Notes: generated by a model from the letters alone, not told the origin. Counted from the first letter of the stretch, positions 1 through 8,614 are shown. The stretch: 64,000 nucleotides of DNA from a bacterium (GCA_030697645.1 JAUYPI010000003.1:318-64317), one strand, 5' to 3'. Translations and numbers: made by a program.

Positions 1-585
1 GACTTGAAAATTCCGTATTTTACTTTTTGGGGGACTTCGCTGGATAATGTTACCAAAAGGCCGTCGTCGGAAGTTAAATTTCTGCTGAATCTTTTTGAAC
101 GGGATTTTAAAAAACTGATTAAAGATAAAAAAATTTATCAAAATGGCGTGAAGGTTAATGTTTTTGGCCGCTGGGAGAAACTATTTCCTGAAAAAACCAA
201 AAAGGCCATAAAAGAGGCAATTGAAAAAACTAAAAATCATAAAAACTGTCAACTGACTTTTTTACTGGCTTATAGCGGCGTTGACGAAATGGCAAGCGCA
301 ATCCAGAGGATTGCTAAAATAAAAAATCAAAATGCAAAAATCAAAATTGATGAGAAATTGATTAAAAACAATCTTTGGACAAAGGATTTACCGGCCGTTG
401 ATTTAATGATTCGCACCGGCGGTGAAAGGCAAGGGTGGTCGCATTTTTCCAGCGGTTTGATGATGTGGGACATGGCCGACGCGCAATTTTATTTCACCAA
501 AAATCTTTTTCCGGATTTCTCGGTGGCGGAATTTAAAAAAGTTATAGCGCAATACAGCCAAACCAAGAGGAAAATGGGAGCATAA
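1..585 (+). CDS. uppS: isoprenyl transferase / undecaprenyl-diphosphate synthase, 5'-truncated at window edge
   Basis: Frame is open from position 1. The C-terminal UPPS signatures LLAYSG, IRTGGExR and WQ..FYF are present. Very AT-rich coding. Confidence 0.7.
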   Translation, partial: DLKIPYFTFWGTSLDNVTKRPSSEVKFLLNLFERDFKKLIKDKKIYQNGVKVNVFGRWEKLFPEKTKKAIKEAIEKTKNHKNCQLTFLLAYSGVDEMASAIQRIAKIKNQNAKIKIDEKLIKNNLWTKDLPAVDLMIRTGGERQGWSHFSSGLMMWDMADAQFYFTKNLFPDFSVAEFKKVIAQYSQTKRKMGA

Positions 586-661
586 AGCAGAGAGTCAGTT
601 TGACAAACTTTCCCGATCCTCTATCATTTATTATTAGAAACCTTGAAAGGGGGTGGGGACA

Positions 662-889
662 ATGAGAAGGATTCTCATCAAGGTTTGGCAGGGGGAGTTA
701 AGTCCCAAACAAGCTCTGAAGGAGCTTGAAAAAATGGGATTTAAATTTGCTGCCGGTAAAGAAAAGAGGGGGCTGGAGGTACTTACCGCCTTAAAAAAAA
801 AGGAGGTCAATGTTAATGAAGCCGAAGAGGAGATTGCGCTTCTTGAATGTGTTGGGTGCCAGAGAGAAAAGGATCTCTGCCAAATCTAG
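662..889 (+). CDS. hypothetical small protein (75 aa)
   Basis: ATG preceded by a GAAAGGGGGTGG RBS. TTGACA-17-TATCAT promoter-like pair at ~604-632. No recognisable domain. Confidence 0.35.
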   Translation: MRRILIKVWQGELSPKQALKELEKMGFKFAAGKEKRGLEVLTALKKKEVNVNEAEEEIALLECVGCQREKDLCQI

Positions 890-963
890 AATCTCCCTCA
901 AAAAGCCCGCCGAAATCTTTTAAAAAAATAAAAGAAAGTAAGCGGGCTCACCTATTTAGGTAG

Positions 964-1037
964 GCCGCGGTAGCTTAATGGTAAAGCAGGTGCCTGAAGA
1001 GCATCTGAAGGCAGTTCGATTCTGCCCCGCGGCACCA
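964..1037 (+). tRNA. tRNA-Phe (anticodon GAA)
   Basis: Hand-folded cloverleaf: acceptor GCCGCGG/CCGCGGC, D-arm TAGC..GCTA-like, anticodon stem GGTGC/GCATC with loop CTGAAGA, T-arm GGCAG-TTCGATT-CTGCC, discriminator A and encoded CCA. Confidence 0.85.
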
Positions 1038-1179
1038 CAAACGAACTGAAAGGTTTTTTAGAAGCCCAAAGGTGGGACGCGCGAAGCGCGTCCCACTGAT
1101 TTCCCCCCATTTTTCCAAACGAATTCGGAGTCCCGCCTTCGGCGGGACGGACTGTTTTTTCGCCAAGAAGCAGGTTCGA
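1038..1179. repeat. inverted-repeat copy 1 (3' flank of tRNA-Phe). Contains two terminator-like hairpins, GGGACGCGCGAAGCGCGTCCC and GTCCCGCCTTCGGCGGGAC followed by T6.
   Basis: Reverse complement is 108/108 identical to 2758-2865 and ~75% identical over the remaining ~34 bp. Explains the duplicated peptides in minus-strand ORFs 952..1200 and 975..1166. Confidence 0.8.
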
Positions 1180-1262
1180 AATCAGAAGCAATTTTGACAT
1201 AGTATTTGCTTTGAATACAAAAAGAATTTTTGTCCTTTTTTCAAAAGTGGTATACTAACTTT

Positions 1263-1358
1263 GCGCACAATTATTATTAGTAAATCAGCAGAAATGGTTG
1301 TGCTAGAACAATTTTGATTTACGTTGAAATTGTGCGCCTAGTACAACCATTTCTGCTT
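1263..1358 (+). promoter_or_regulatory. interleaved inverted repeats immediately upstream of the recombinase start (candidate recombinase binding/crossover or regulatory site)
   Basis: GCGCACAATT (1263-1272) ... AATTGTGCGC (1331-1340). CAGAAATGGTTGTGCTAG (1290-1308) ... CTAGTACAACCATTTCTG (1341-1358). A TGGTATACT -10-like box sits at ~1247. Confidence 0.35.
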
Positions 1359-1368
1359 TTGTAAATAT

Positions 1369-3102
1369 ATGTCACAAAAATTCTTTTTGTATGCTCGCAA
1401 GAGTACCGATGTCGAGGACAAGCAAGTTTTGAGCATTGATGCGCAAATTACGGAATTGCGCGCTTTCGCCAAAAATGAAAAGTTAGAAATCGTTGAGGAG
1501 TTTGTAGAAAAGCGTACGGCGAAAATTCCAGGTCGTCCCATTTTTGGCGAAATGATGAGGCGAATAGAGAAAGGTGAAGTGTCTGGGATTATCAGTTGGC
1601 ATCCCGATCGTTTGGCGCGCAATTCTGTGGACGGCGGACAGATTGTGTACTTTCTCGACATCGGAAACCTTGCGAGCCTCAAATTCCCTAGCCATTGGTT
1701 TGAAAACACGCCACAGGGCAAATTCTCGCTGTCTATGGCATTCGTACAAAGCAAATACTATGTTGATTCTCTTTCCGAGAACACGAAGCGTGGACTTCGC
1801 CAAAAAGTGAGAATGGGGATATTCCCAAGCCAAGCGCCAGTGGGTTATCTGAACGACAGTAGAACAAAGACGATAGTGGTGGAAAAGAAAAAATCTCGTA
1901 TCGTGCGCTTGGCTTTTGAGAAATACACGAAAGGAAATATGAGACTGGAAGATGTTTCAAACTTTTTGGCGAAGAACGGAATCAGTACGCGTTCCGGAAA
2001 GAGAATCTCAAAAACTAGAGTGTCTTTCATTTTGTCCAATCCGTTCTATGTCGGACTGTTTAACTACGCAAAAGAATTGCACGAAGGAAAACACGAGCCA
2101 ATCATTTCAAAGAAACTTTTTGATGAAGCACAAGAAATTTTGAAATCTCGCGGACAACCAGAGCGTAAACCACAAAACGAACCTCAACCTTTTTGCGGAC
2201 TTATTTCTTGTGCTTCTTGTGGAATGATGATAACTGGCGAACACAAATTCAAACGGCAGAAAAATGGAAATGTCCACGAGTATATCTACTATCACTGCAC
2301 AAAAAAGCGAAAAGTTTTTAAGTGTCCCGAATCTGCCGTTAGAGAAAAAGAATTGGATCGCCAGTTATCATCCCTAATCAAAAAAGTTTCTTTGCCCAAA
2401 GACTGGGCGGAGGAATTATTGAAAATGGCGAACAATGACCACAAAAATTCCGCCCAGTCTTTGACTGCTTGTGTGAAAGAGAAAGAGGAAAAGATTTCTT
2501 CTTTGTCGAAAAGGTTAGAGCGACTTCTTTCGGGTTATCTCGACCAAGATATTGAAAAGGAAATTTATCGTGTTGAAAAAGGAAAATTGATTTTGCAAAA
2601 GAAGTCGCTCGAAGAAGAAATCACTAATCTTTCACACAAGCAGAATGATTGGCTCGAACCGTTTACCGAGTGGCTGAAAGACGCACAATCATTGGACAAA
2701 ATTGCTTCTGATGATGACCTTTTTGCGAAAAAGGTCAAAGCCAAAGAAATCTTTGGCTCGAACCTGCTTCTTGGCGAAAAAACAGTCCGTCCCGCCGAAG
2801 GCGGGACTCCGAATTCGTTTGGAAAAATGGGGGGAAATCAGTGGGACGCGCTTCGCGCGTCCCACTTTCTGGCTTCCAAAAAGCCGTTTAGTTCGTTTGT
2901 GGTGCCGGAGGTGGGACTCGAACCCACAAGCCTTTCAGCATGCGATTTTGAGTCGCACGTGTTTGCCAATTTCACCACTCCGGCGCGAGGTTTTTTGCGG
3001 GCAGATCTACCAATGCCGCCACCCCGGCGCTGTGCAATGTACGGATTAGTGGTTTCAGTATATATGCTCCGGTGTATTTTTCAAACTCTCTATTCAAAGT
3101 AA
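1369..3102 (+). CDS. large serine recombinase (resolvase catalytic domain + recombinase domain + zinc ribbon + coiled coil)
   Basis: N-terminal YARKSTD..Q catalytic-serine motif. Zinc ribbon CGLISCASCG...YYHCTKK..KC. ORF runs with no stop through the right inverted repeat and antisense across tRNA-Leu, so the last ~115 codons are probably read-through or a fusion. Confidence 0.8.
   Translation: MSQKFFLYARKSTDVEDKQVLSIDAQITELRAFAKNEKLEIVEEFVEKRTAKIPGRPIFGEMMRRIEKGEVSGIISWHPDRLARNSVDGGQIVYFLDIGNLASLKFPSHWFENTPQGKFSLSMAFVQSKYYVDSLSENTKRGLRQKVRMGIFPSQAPVGYLNDSRTKTIVVEKKKSRIVRLAFEKYTKGNMRLEDVSNFLAKNGISTRSGKRISKTRVSFILSNPFYVGLFNYAKELHEGKHEPIISKKLFDEAQEILKSRGQPERKPQNEPQPFCGLISCASCGMMITGEHKFKRQKNGNVHEYIYYHCTKKRKVFKCPESAVREKELDRQLSSLIKKVSLPKDWAEELLKMANNDHKNSAQSLTACVKEKEEKISSLSKRLERLLSGYLDQDIEKEIYRVEKGKLILQKKSLEEEITNLSHKQNDWLEPFTEWLKDAQSLDKIASDDDLFAKKVKAKEIFGSNLLLGEKTVRPAEGGTPNSFGKMGGNQWDALRASHFLASKKPFSSFVVPEVGLEPTSLSACDFESHVFANFTTPARGFLRADLPMPPPRRCAMYGLVVSVYMLRCIFQTLYSK
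2758..2899. repeat. inverted-repeat copy 2 (3' flank of tRNA-Leu), partner of 1038-1179
   Basis: Direct sequence comparison; 108-bp perfect identity. Confidence 0.8.
2900..2984 (-). tRNA. tRNA-Leu (anticodon CAA), class II with long variable arm
   Basis: Minus-strand fold: acceptor GCCGGAG/CTCCGGC, 3-bp D stem, anticodon stem TGCGA/TCGCA with loop CTCAAAA, long variable arm, T-arm GTGGG-TTCGAGT-CCCAC, CCA encoded. Confidence 0.8.
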
Positions 3103-3107
3103 AGAAG

Positions 3108-3139
3108 GCCCCCTGTCGCAGAGGTCTGCGACAGGGGGC
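3108..3139. terminator. bidirectional hairpin terminator between recombinase and convergent ALDH gene
   Basis: GCCCCCTGTCGCAGAGGTCTGCGACAGGGGGC, a perfect 13-bp stem. Confidence 0.5.
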
Positions 3140-3149
3140 GAAGCGTGGC

Positions 3150-4742
3150 TTATGTTTGGACCAAAGGTGCCGCAGTGCGAATCGGCGCTATCGTGTCGAA
3201 AATAATTTCACGATGGGCGGTCCATGTTTCTCGTATTGCCTCGGGCGTCCCAATACCGGCGGCGCATGGGCCGCACGGGCCGAACCAGTGGTTTTGTGGC
3301 GCGCCGGTGGTTTTGGCTCGTAGGCCGACGTAGGTTGTTCCATTCGTCGTGTGTCCGAGCATGGTGTTCAGAAACCCGTGCTCATTTGAAACAATCGCCG
3401 CAGCGAGGCGTGGCTTAATGTGCTCAATGATGCGGAGCAAAAGCTCGATATGCTGGTCGCCGTAGGTAGTGATGATCTGTAAGGGCCCAAACAACTCTTT
3501 GGTAACCAGATCAAAATACTTGGGCAGCTCTAAGCGGCGAAACGGGACAAAGATCGCCGTCGGTTCGAACGCGCCATACGTATTCGGTATGGTGTGGTTT
3601 TTGAGCCGTTTGCCACCCCAGAGAATGTATGTGCCGCTTAATTTGAGGATTGCGGCGATGTGCGCCTCCACGTACTCGTTTGTCACTGAGAGCAGCGGGC
3701 CATTGGTGAGGTCGGAGAGCGTCCGTGTGCTCGCACGGATTTGCAGTGCGTCATAGAGCCGGTATGCCTTCTCGTGGACAAAGAGCAACGATTGCGCAGA
3801 GCATTTTTGCCCTGCCGCCGCGTATGCATCCTGATCACACTGCCAGGCGACGTATTCGAGCATGTCATCGCTCACATCGCGTCCTATGACTTTCGGGTTG
3901 AAGCCGGAGTCCTCGAGCTTCACTCTGCCTCGAAGCTTTCGCATGAGAGCCGCGCCGACCGCGGATGAACCAGTGAACTGGCACAGAGCAATGTGTTGCT
4001 CTGCGGCGTCAATAAACGCAGCCATATGCTCGCCGCTGCAATGGATGAGATCGACGTCGTGTGCGGACAAGCCACAGGCGAGCAAAAGCCGAATGAATTG
4101 TTCCGCAACGATTGAGACCTTCAGATCCGCCTTCAGGAGCGGTCGGTTTCCAGCGAGGAGCGCTCCGACGACTTGAAGTGCGGGGATCTCGAGCGGGAAG
4201 TTAAACGGCGTGATAATGACAACCGGACCAAGCGGCCAGCGGTACCCATTACTCTCCTGCCCCGCGTGATTGCCGGGAGTGGAAAATCCTCGGCCGAAAT
4301 GAAAACGAGGATTATCGCCGGCAAAATTGTAGAGAAAGTCTCTCGTTACCTCTACTTCCCCCATGCACTGCGGGAGTGATTTTGGCATGACACGCTGTAT
4401 GAGCCGCGTGAAGAAATATGCAATGTCGGGATCGGCAAGCGCTCTCGCCGCTCTACTGCATACGAGCCCGAGCCCGCGGTAGCGTTCCACGTTGCGAAAC
4501 GGATTGTGAAGACCGTAAGACGGACAGGACCGAAGGCCTTCTATAAAACTTTCGAACTTCACCGGAGGCGTGTCGGGGATGCTGATCATGCCTGCTCCGG
4601 TGAGCGGGTCCGGCATGAGGTGCGTGAGTGAATTTTCAACGAACCAGAACTTTCCTTCTGAGAGGTTCATGGCGAATGCGGTGCACCCTGTCGCTTTGTG
4701 CCGCATCGTATCCGGATCAAGTGTTGCAAACGATAGATCCAT
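3150..4742 (-). CDS. aldehyde dehydrogenase family protein (P5C-dehydrogenase-like)
   Basis: ALDH motifs: glycine-rich FTGSSAVG and catalytic-Cys context GQKCSAQS. 530 aa. ATG start. Confidence 0.75.
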   Translation of the reverse strand: MDLSFATLDPDTMRHKATGCTAFAMNLSEGKFWFVENSLTHLMPDPLTGAGMISIPDTPPVKFESFIEGLRSCPSYGLHNPFRNVERYRGLGLVCSRAARALADPDIAYFFTRLIQRVMPKSLPQCMGEVEVTRDFLYNFAGDNPRFHFGRGFSTPGNHAGQESNGYRWPLGPVVIITPFNFPLEIPALQVVGALLAGNRPLLKADLKVSIVAEQFIRLLLACGLSAHDVDLIHCSGEHMAAFIDAAEQHIALCQFTGSSAVGAALMRKLRGRVKLEDSGFNPKVIGRDVSDDMLEYVAWQCDQDAYAAAGQKCSAQSLLFVHEKAYRLYDALQIRASTRTLSDLTNGPLLSVTNEYVEAHIAAILKLSGTYILWGGKRLKNHTIPNTYGAFEPTAIFVPFRRLELPKYFDLVTKELFGPLQIITTYGDQHIELLLRIIEHIKPRLAAAIVSNEHGFLNTMLGHTTNGTTYVGLRAKTTGAPQNHWFGPCGPCAAGIGTPEAIRETWTAHREIIFDTIAPIRTAAPLVQT

Positions 4743-4918
4743 CTTTCTTCCTCCTCATATCTTACGAATGTGCGTGTTTTGCCGAGGCCGTCGGGCGGGG
4801 CGGTGTCGCTGTAGCTATATGAGCATAAAATCCCCTTGTGCGCAATAGACTTCTTCGGAAACTCCTTACATCGTATAAACGTGGTATAATGTAGACATGC
4901 CGCAAAACGAGTCTCGAT

Positions 4919-6121
4919 GTGCGAAGTCGTTTATCAGTCATCAGTCTAGCAAAAGTTTTTTCAAAGAATAAAAATATGAACTCGAAAGGCGCAATCACTA
5001 CCGTCGTAGTTGTTGGGGTCGTGCTGCTTGTCGGAGTGGCGGGCTTCCTTGCGTTGAGAGAACGGGCGTTGTCGCCCGTGCCAGCCCCTTCACCGACTCC
5101 AATGCCTACTCCAATCCCGACACCAACCCCTGCTCCGACACCTACTCCCATACCAACCCCAAAGCCTTCCCCATTACCTAAACTGGCGGCGTTTGAAGAC
5201 CAGATCACCCTCACGGTTGGCGAGAGAGTAAAATTTAGCGATGGCTTGGTCGTGACGCTTCTCGAAATAAACGATTCGCGTTGCCCAGCACCACCAGTAG
5301 TTTGCGTATGGGAGGGCGAACTGGCGCCGGTGTTGCGCGTCACGGGCGGCACTATAGGTAAGGAGGTCAAGGAAGTCCGCCTCGGAACCGTGCGCGCAAA
5401 GAGTGTCATTGAAAACGGCTATGGATTTGTATTGGATGGTGCAACCATGACGATGGCAACGGTCGCAGTAACAAGGAAAGAAGGAGACGTATCTTTGCAA
5501 GAAGGAGAGCGGGAGGGTCCGTTTTTACTCGAAAAAATTTATCCTGACCACGTCACCGGCCTCAATTTTCTGGAGTATCCTGTAGCGACCAACGTCGGGC
5601 ACCCTCTCGCTCTGCGGGTCGGCGAGAGCGCGAGTAACGGCTGCACCGTAACGCTCACCCTCACTCGCATAGAAGGCGAGACTGCCACGTTCAGCAAGGA
5701 AACGGATTTTGACCGGCCGTGCCCGATATGCCTTGCCGGCGCTACGCTGCTTGATACGCCATCGGGATCAGTGACAGTGAAAGATGTACACGTCGGCATG
5801 CCGATATGGACGACTGATATGAATGGCCATCGCGTCCCCGGAGTCGTGATCAAGACTTCGAAAACGCCGGTGCCGCTCACACACCTGATGACCCATTTAG
5901 TTTTGAGTGACGGGCGAGAACTCTTTGTCTCCTCCGGACATCCGACTACTGACGGGCGCGTCGTCGGCGACCTCAAGGCCGGCGATGTGTATGATAGTGG
6001 CGTCGTAGCGAGCGCTGAGCTCGCTCAGTACGGCGAGAGCGCAACGTATGACATCCTCCCCTCTGGAGAAACAGGCTTCTACTGGGCGAGCGGCATTCTC
6101 CTCGATAGTACGCTGTATTAA
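4919..6121 (+). CDS. membrane-anchored secreted protein with Pro/Thr-rich linker and C-terminal Hint (bacterial intein-like) domain
   Basis: N-terminal TM helix, (PTPxP)n linker. C-terminal block begins C-LAGATLLDT (intein block A) and LTHLMTHL (TxxH block B). Alternative start ATG at 4976 (MNSKG...). Confidence 0.6.
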   Translation: MRSRLSVISLAKVFSKNKNMNSKGAITTVVVVGVVLLVGVAGFLALRERALSPVPAPSPTPMPTPIPTPTPAPTPTPIPTPKPSPLPKLAAFEDQITLTVGERVKFSDGLVVTLLEINDSRCPAPPVVCVWEGELAPVLRVTGGTIGKEVKEVRLGTVRAKSVIENGYGFVLDGATMTMATVAVTRKEGDVSLQEGEREGPFLLEKIYPDHVTGLNFLEYPVATNVGHPLALRVGESASNGCTVTLTLTRIEGETATFSKETDFDRPCPICLAGATLLDTPSGSVTVKDVHVGMPIWTTDMNGHRVPGVVIKTSKTPVPLTHLMTHLVLSDGRELFVSSGHPTTDGRVVGDLKAGDVYDSGVVASAELAQYGESATYDILPSGETGFYWASGILLDSTLY

Positions 6122-6129
6122 AGCAGGTG

Positions 6130-6400
6130 CTTCGTACTGTGAATTACGAAATTGTAAGACATTCGGGTCCCCCGTTCCAGTCTGAATTTCGAAATTCCAA
6201 AAAACCCGTCTCCAAACAAATCTCAATACTTAAAATCCAATCTCCAAACACGACGTGCGTGTTTGGAGATTTGATGCATTGGAATTTGAAATTTGGTTGG
6301 AGCTTGTTGGTTGGAGCTTGGAATTTATTTGTTTCGGATTTTGTGTATCGAATGTTTACGTCGGCAATTTCGTTATTCACAGTAGGGTAGATTAGAGCGG
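6130..6400. repeat. palindromic element, family B (CCAAA/TTTGG-type arms, core CAAACACGACGTGCGTGTTTGG) flanked by GTGAATTACGAAATTG / CAATTTCGTTATTCAC inverted repeats
   Basis: Related copies at 26130-26290, 29600-29784, 35222-35350 and 57940-58100. Confidence 0.7.
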
Positions 6401-6417
6401 AGCATGGCGGTACGTTT

Positions 6418-8376
6418 TTACACCCCGATGAGGACCGGGATGACCATGGGTCTCTTGTTCGTTTTCTGGAAGAGGAAGCGGCCGACGGCGTCGGTCACGG
6501 CGCCGCGGATGTAGTCGAAGTTGATCGGGCGCATATTCTCGGTTGCGTCCTCGATCGTCTTTTTGATGATGAGCCGCGTCTGGCCGAGGAGCTCCTGCGA
6601 CTCGCGGAGATAGACGAACCCGCGCGAGACGATGTCCGGCGACTTGCGGAGCTTGCCGGTCTTCGGGTTCACGCTCGCGATGATGACGAACATGCCTTCC
6701 TCGGCGAGCATCTGGCGGTCGCGGAGCACCACCTCCTGCGTGTCCCCGATCGAGAAGCCGTCAACGAGGATGACGCTCGAGGGCGCCTGCTCGCGACGCA
6801 CGACGATTTTCTCCCCGCGCTCGATTTCGATCACCATGCCGTTGTCGGGAATGACGACGCTCTGCGGCTTCATGCCGCGCGCCTCGGCGATCGCGGCGTG
6901 TACGCGGAGCATGTAGTGGTAGCCGTGAATCGGGATGAAGAATTTCGGATTGATGCGGTTTTGGATCCAGATCGTCTCCTCGCGATTCGCGTGCCCGCTC
7001 GCGTGGACGTCCGCGACCTGGTAGTGGATGATCGCCGCGCCCTGGCGCGAGAGGTTGTCTTTGAGCTTCTGCACCGCACGCTCATTGCCCGGGATGATCG
7101 AGGAGGAGAGGAGGATCGTGTCGCGGTTCGTAATTTTGAAGAATTTGTTCGTCTTGTTCGCCATGCGCATGAGGGCCGCGAACTCGTCCCCCTGCGCGCC
7201 AGTCGCGAGCACGACGATTCGGTCTGGCGGGAGCTGCTCCATTTCGGGAGCGCTAATCAGGGTGCCGGGGCGGGTTTTGAGGAGCCCGAGCTCTCGCACG
7301 ATCTCGACGTTCGTCTTCATGCTCCGGCCTTCGATCACGACTTTTTTATTGTAGCGCTCGCAGATTTCGACGATCTTGATGATGCGCTCAAGCTGCGAGG
7401 CGAAGGTACCGATAATGAGCCGGCTGGGAACGTTTTTGATAATCTGTTCGATATTTTTGTGGACAACCGGTTCTGGTATCGAGAAGCCCGGCCGCTCGAC
7501 GTTCGTCGAGTCGGACATGAGAAGCAGGACGTTCATATTTTTGAAGACGCTGTATTCTTTTTCTTCTTTCTCGCTCGGTACGCCATCGAGGTGGTCAAGC
7601 TTGAGGTCGCCGGTGTGGACGATCGCGCCGTAGGGCGTTTCGATGATAATGCCCATCGCGTCGGGGATCGTGTGGGTCACCGAGAAGAACCGCACCTTGA
7701 GGCCGCCCAGGGTAATGGATTCTTCCTTCTCGACAACGCGGATATCGAGCGGCGGCAGATGCGGAAATTCTTCCTGGCGCTTTTTGATCATTACGGTCGT
7801 GAGGAGTCGGGAGTAGATCGGGGGATTACCGATCTTTTCGAGAATGTAGGGGATGCCGCCGATGTGGTCGAGGTGGCCGTGGGTGACGAGGATCGCGCGG
7901 ATTTTATCTTTGCGCTCTTCAAGGTAGCTTGCATTCGGCAGGATGTAGTCAATGCCCGGCGTATCGTCGTCACGGAACTGCACGCCCGCGTCAACGACGA
8001 TGATATCGTCGCGGAATTCGATGAGCGACATGTTGCGCCCGATTTCCTCGACGCCGCCGAGGGGAATGATGCGCACGGTGTCAGGCGCCGGCGGGGGGAT
8101 TGGCATACTCCGCGAGCGCGACAAGCCGCGCCGCTCGAGGCGCTCGCCGCGCCTGTGCTCTCCGGTCTGCCGCACGAGGCGGCGCGTCTCGCGCGGTGGG
8201 CCGCCGCCTGCCGCTCGCCGCGGGGCGGGCCTTCCCCCTTCGGGACGGGGCGCGTGGCGCGGAGCGCGGTGATCGAACCGAGAGCGGCGGCGGGCCTGTC
8301 TCCCGCCGCCCGGTCCCCGTCCGCCGCTCTGCGGCGAAGAGGAGGGGCGGGAGTTGTTTGGGTGTGTTGGGTTCAT
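6418..8376 (-). CDS. rnj: ribonuclease J (metallo-beta-lactamase/beta-CASP RNase)
   Basis: HGHLDHIGG motif and beta-CASP region. Has a 90-aa Arg/Pro/Gly-rich N-terminal extension. Alternative start at 8106 (MPIPPPAPDTV...) gives a canonical 562-aa protein. A TATAAT-like box sits just upstream of 8376. Confidence 0.85.
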   Translation of the reverse strand: MNPTHPNNSRPSSSPQSGGRGPGGGRQARRRSRFDHRAPRHAPRPEGGRPAPRRAAGGGPPRETRRLVRQTGEHRRGERLERRGLSRSRSMPIPPPAPDTVRIIPLGGVEEIGRNMSLIEFRDDIIVVDAGVQFRDDDTPGIDYILPNASYLEERKDKIRAILVTHGHLDHIGGIPYILEKIGNPPIYSRLLTTVMIKKRQEEFPHLPPLDIRVVEKEESITLGGLKVRFFSVTHTIPDAMGIIIETPYGAIVHTGDLKLDHLDGVPSEKEEKEYSVFKNMNVLLLMSDSTNVERPGFSIPEPVVHKNIEQIIKNVPSRLIIGTFASQLERIIKIVEICERYNKKVVIEGRSMKTNVEIVRELGLLKTRPGTLISAPEMEQLPPDRIVVLATGAQGDEFAALMRMANKTNKFFKITNRDTILLSSSIIPGNERAVQKLKDNLSRQGAAIIHYQVADVHASGHANREETIWIQNRINPKFFIPIHGYHYMLRVHAAIAEARGMKPQSVVIPDNGMVIEIERGEKIVVRREQAPSSVILVDGFSIGDTQEVVLRDRQMLAEEGMFVIIASVNPKTGKLRKSPDIVSRGFVYLRESQELLGQTRLIIKKTIEDATENMRPINFDYIRGAVTDAVGRFLFQKTNKRPMVIPVLIGV

Positions 8377-8399
8377 AAAGGGGTCAGATTTTTGATTAT

Positions 8400-8545
8400 A
8401 GTTTTGGTTTTTATAAGCAATGACATTATAACAATTTTCAAATTTTCAATTTTCAATCAATTTTCAATTACTCAATTTTCAAACACGACGTCGCCGCAAC
8501 TCAGTCATTGAAACATTGAAAATTTATTGAAAATTGATCCTTGAA
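8400..8545. repeat. palindromic element, family A (tandem CAATTTTCAA / TTGAAAATT arms, core CAAACACGACGTCG)
   Basis: Related copies at 23135, 23958, 24737, 25638, 27735, 38376, 42747 and 51462. Confidence 0.75.
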
Positions 8546-8614
8546 AATTGAAAATTCGCATGAGTAAGAATCTCCGTTCTCTGAGACTGCTAGAGGCGGT
8601 TCGACCGAGAGCGC

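Noticed and set aside
952-1200. Minus-strand ORFs 952..1200 and 975..1166 sharing the peptide GEKTVRPAEGGTPNSFGKMGGNQWDALRASH with the recombinase C-terminus.
   Set aside because: They are an artefact of the 108-bp inverted repeat and overlap tRNA-Phe.
6898-8511. 537-aa plus-strand ORF (and similar long ORFs such as 20995..21519, 21538..22230, 39070..39531, 60562..61320).
   Set aside because: They lie antisense to well-supported genes (RNase J, valS, purD, purL) in GC-rich DNA where stop codons are rare. They have no domain signatures and low-complexity Arg/Ala-rich translations.
8400-8545. Whether the regularly spaced short repeats (TTGAAAATT, TTTTAGC, TAGTAAC) form a CRISPR array.
   Set aside because: Units are 9-12 bp with 0-6-bp gaps. 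They are arranged as inverted arms around a core. No 25-40-bp repeats with unique spacers and no cas genes.
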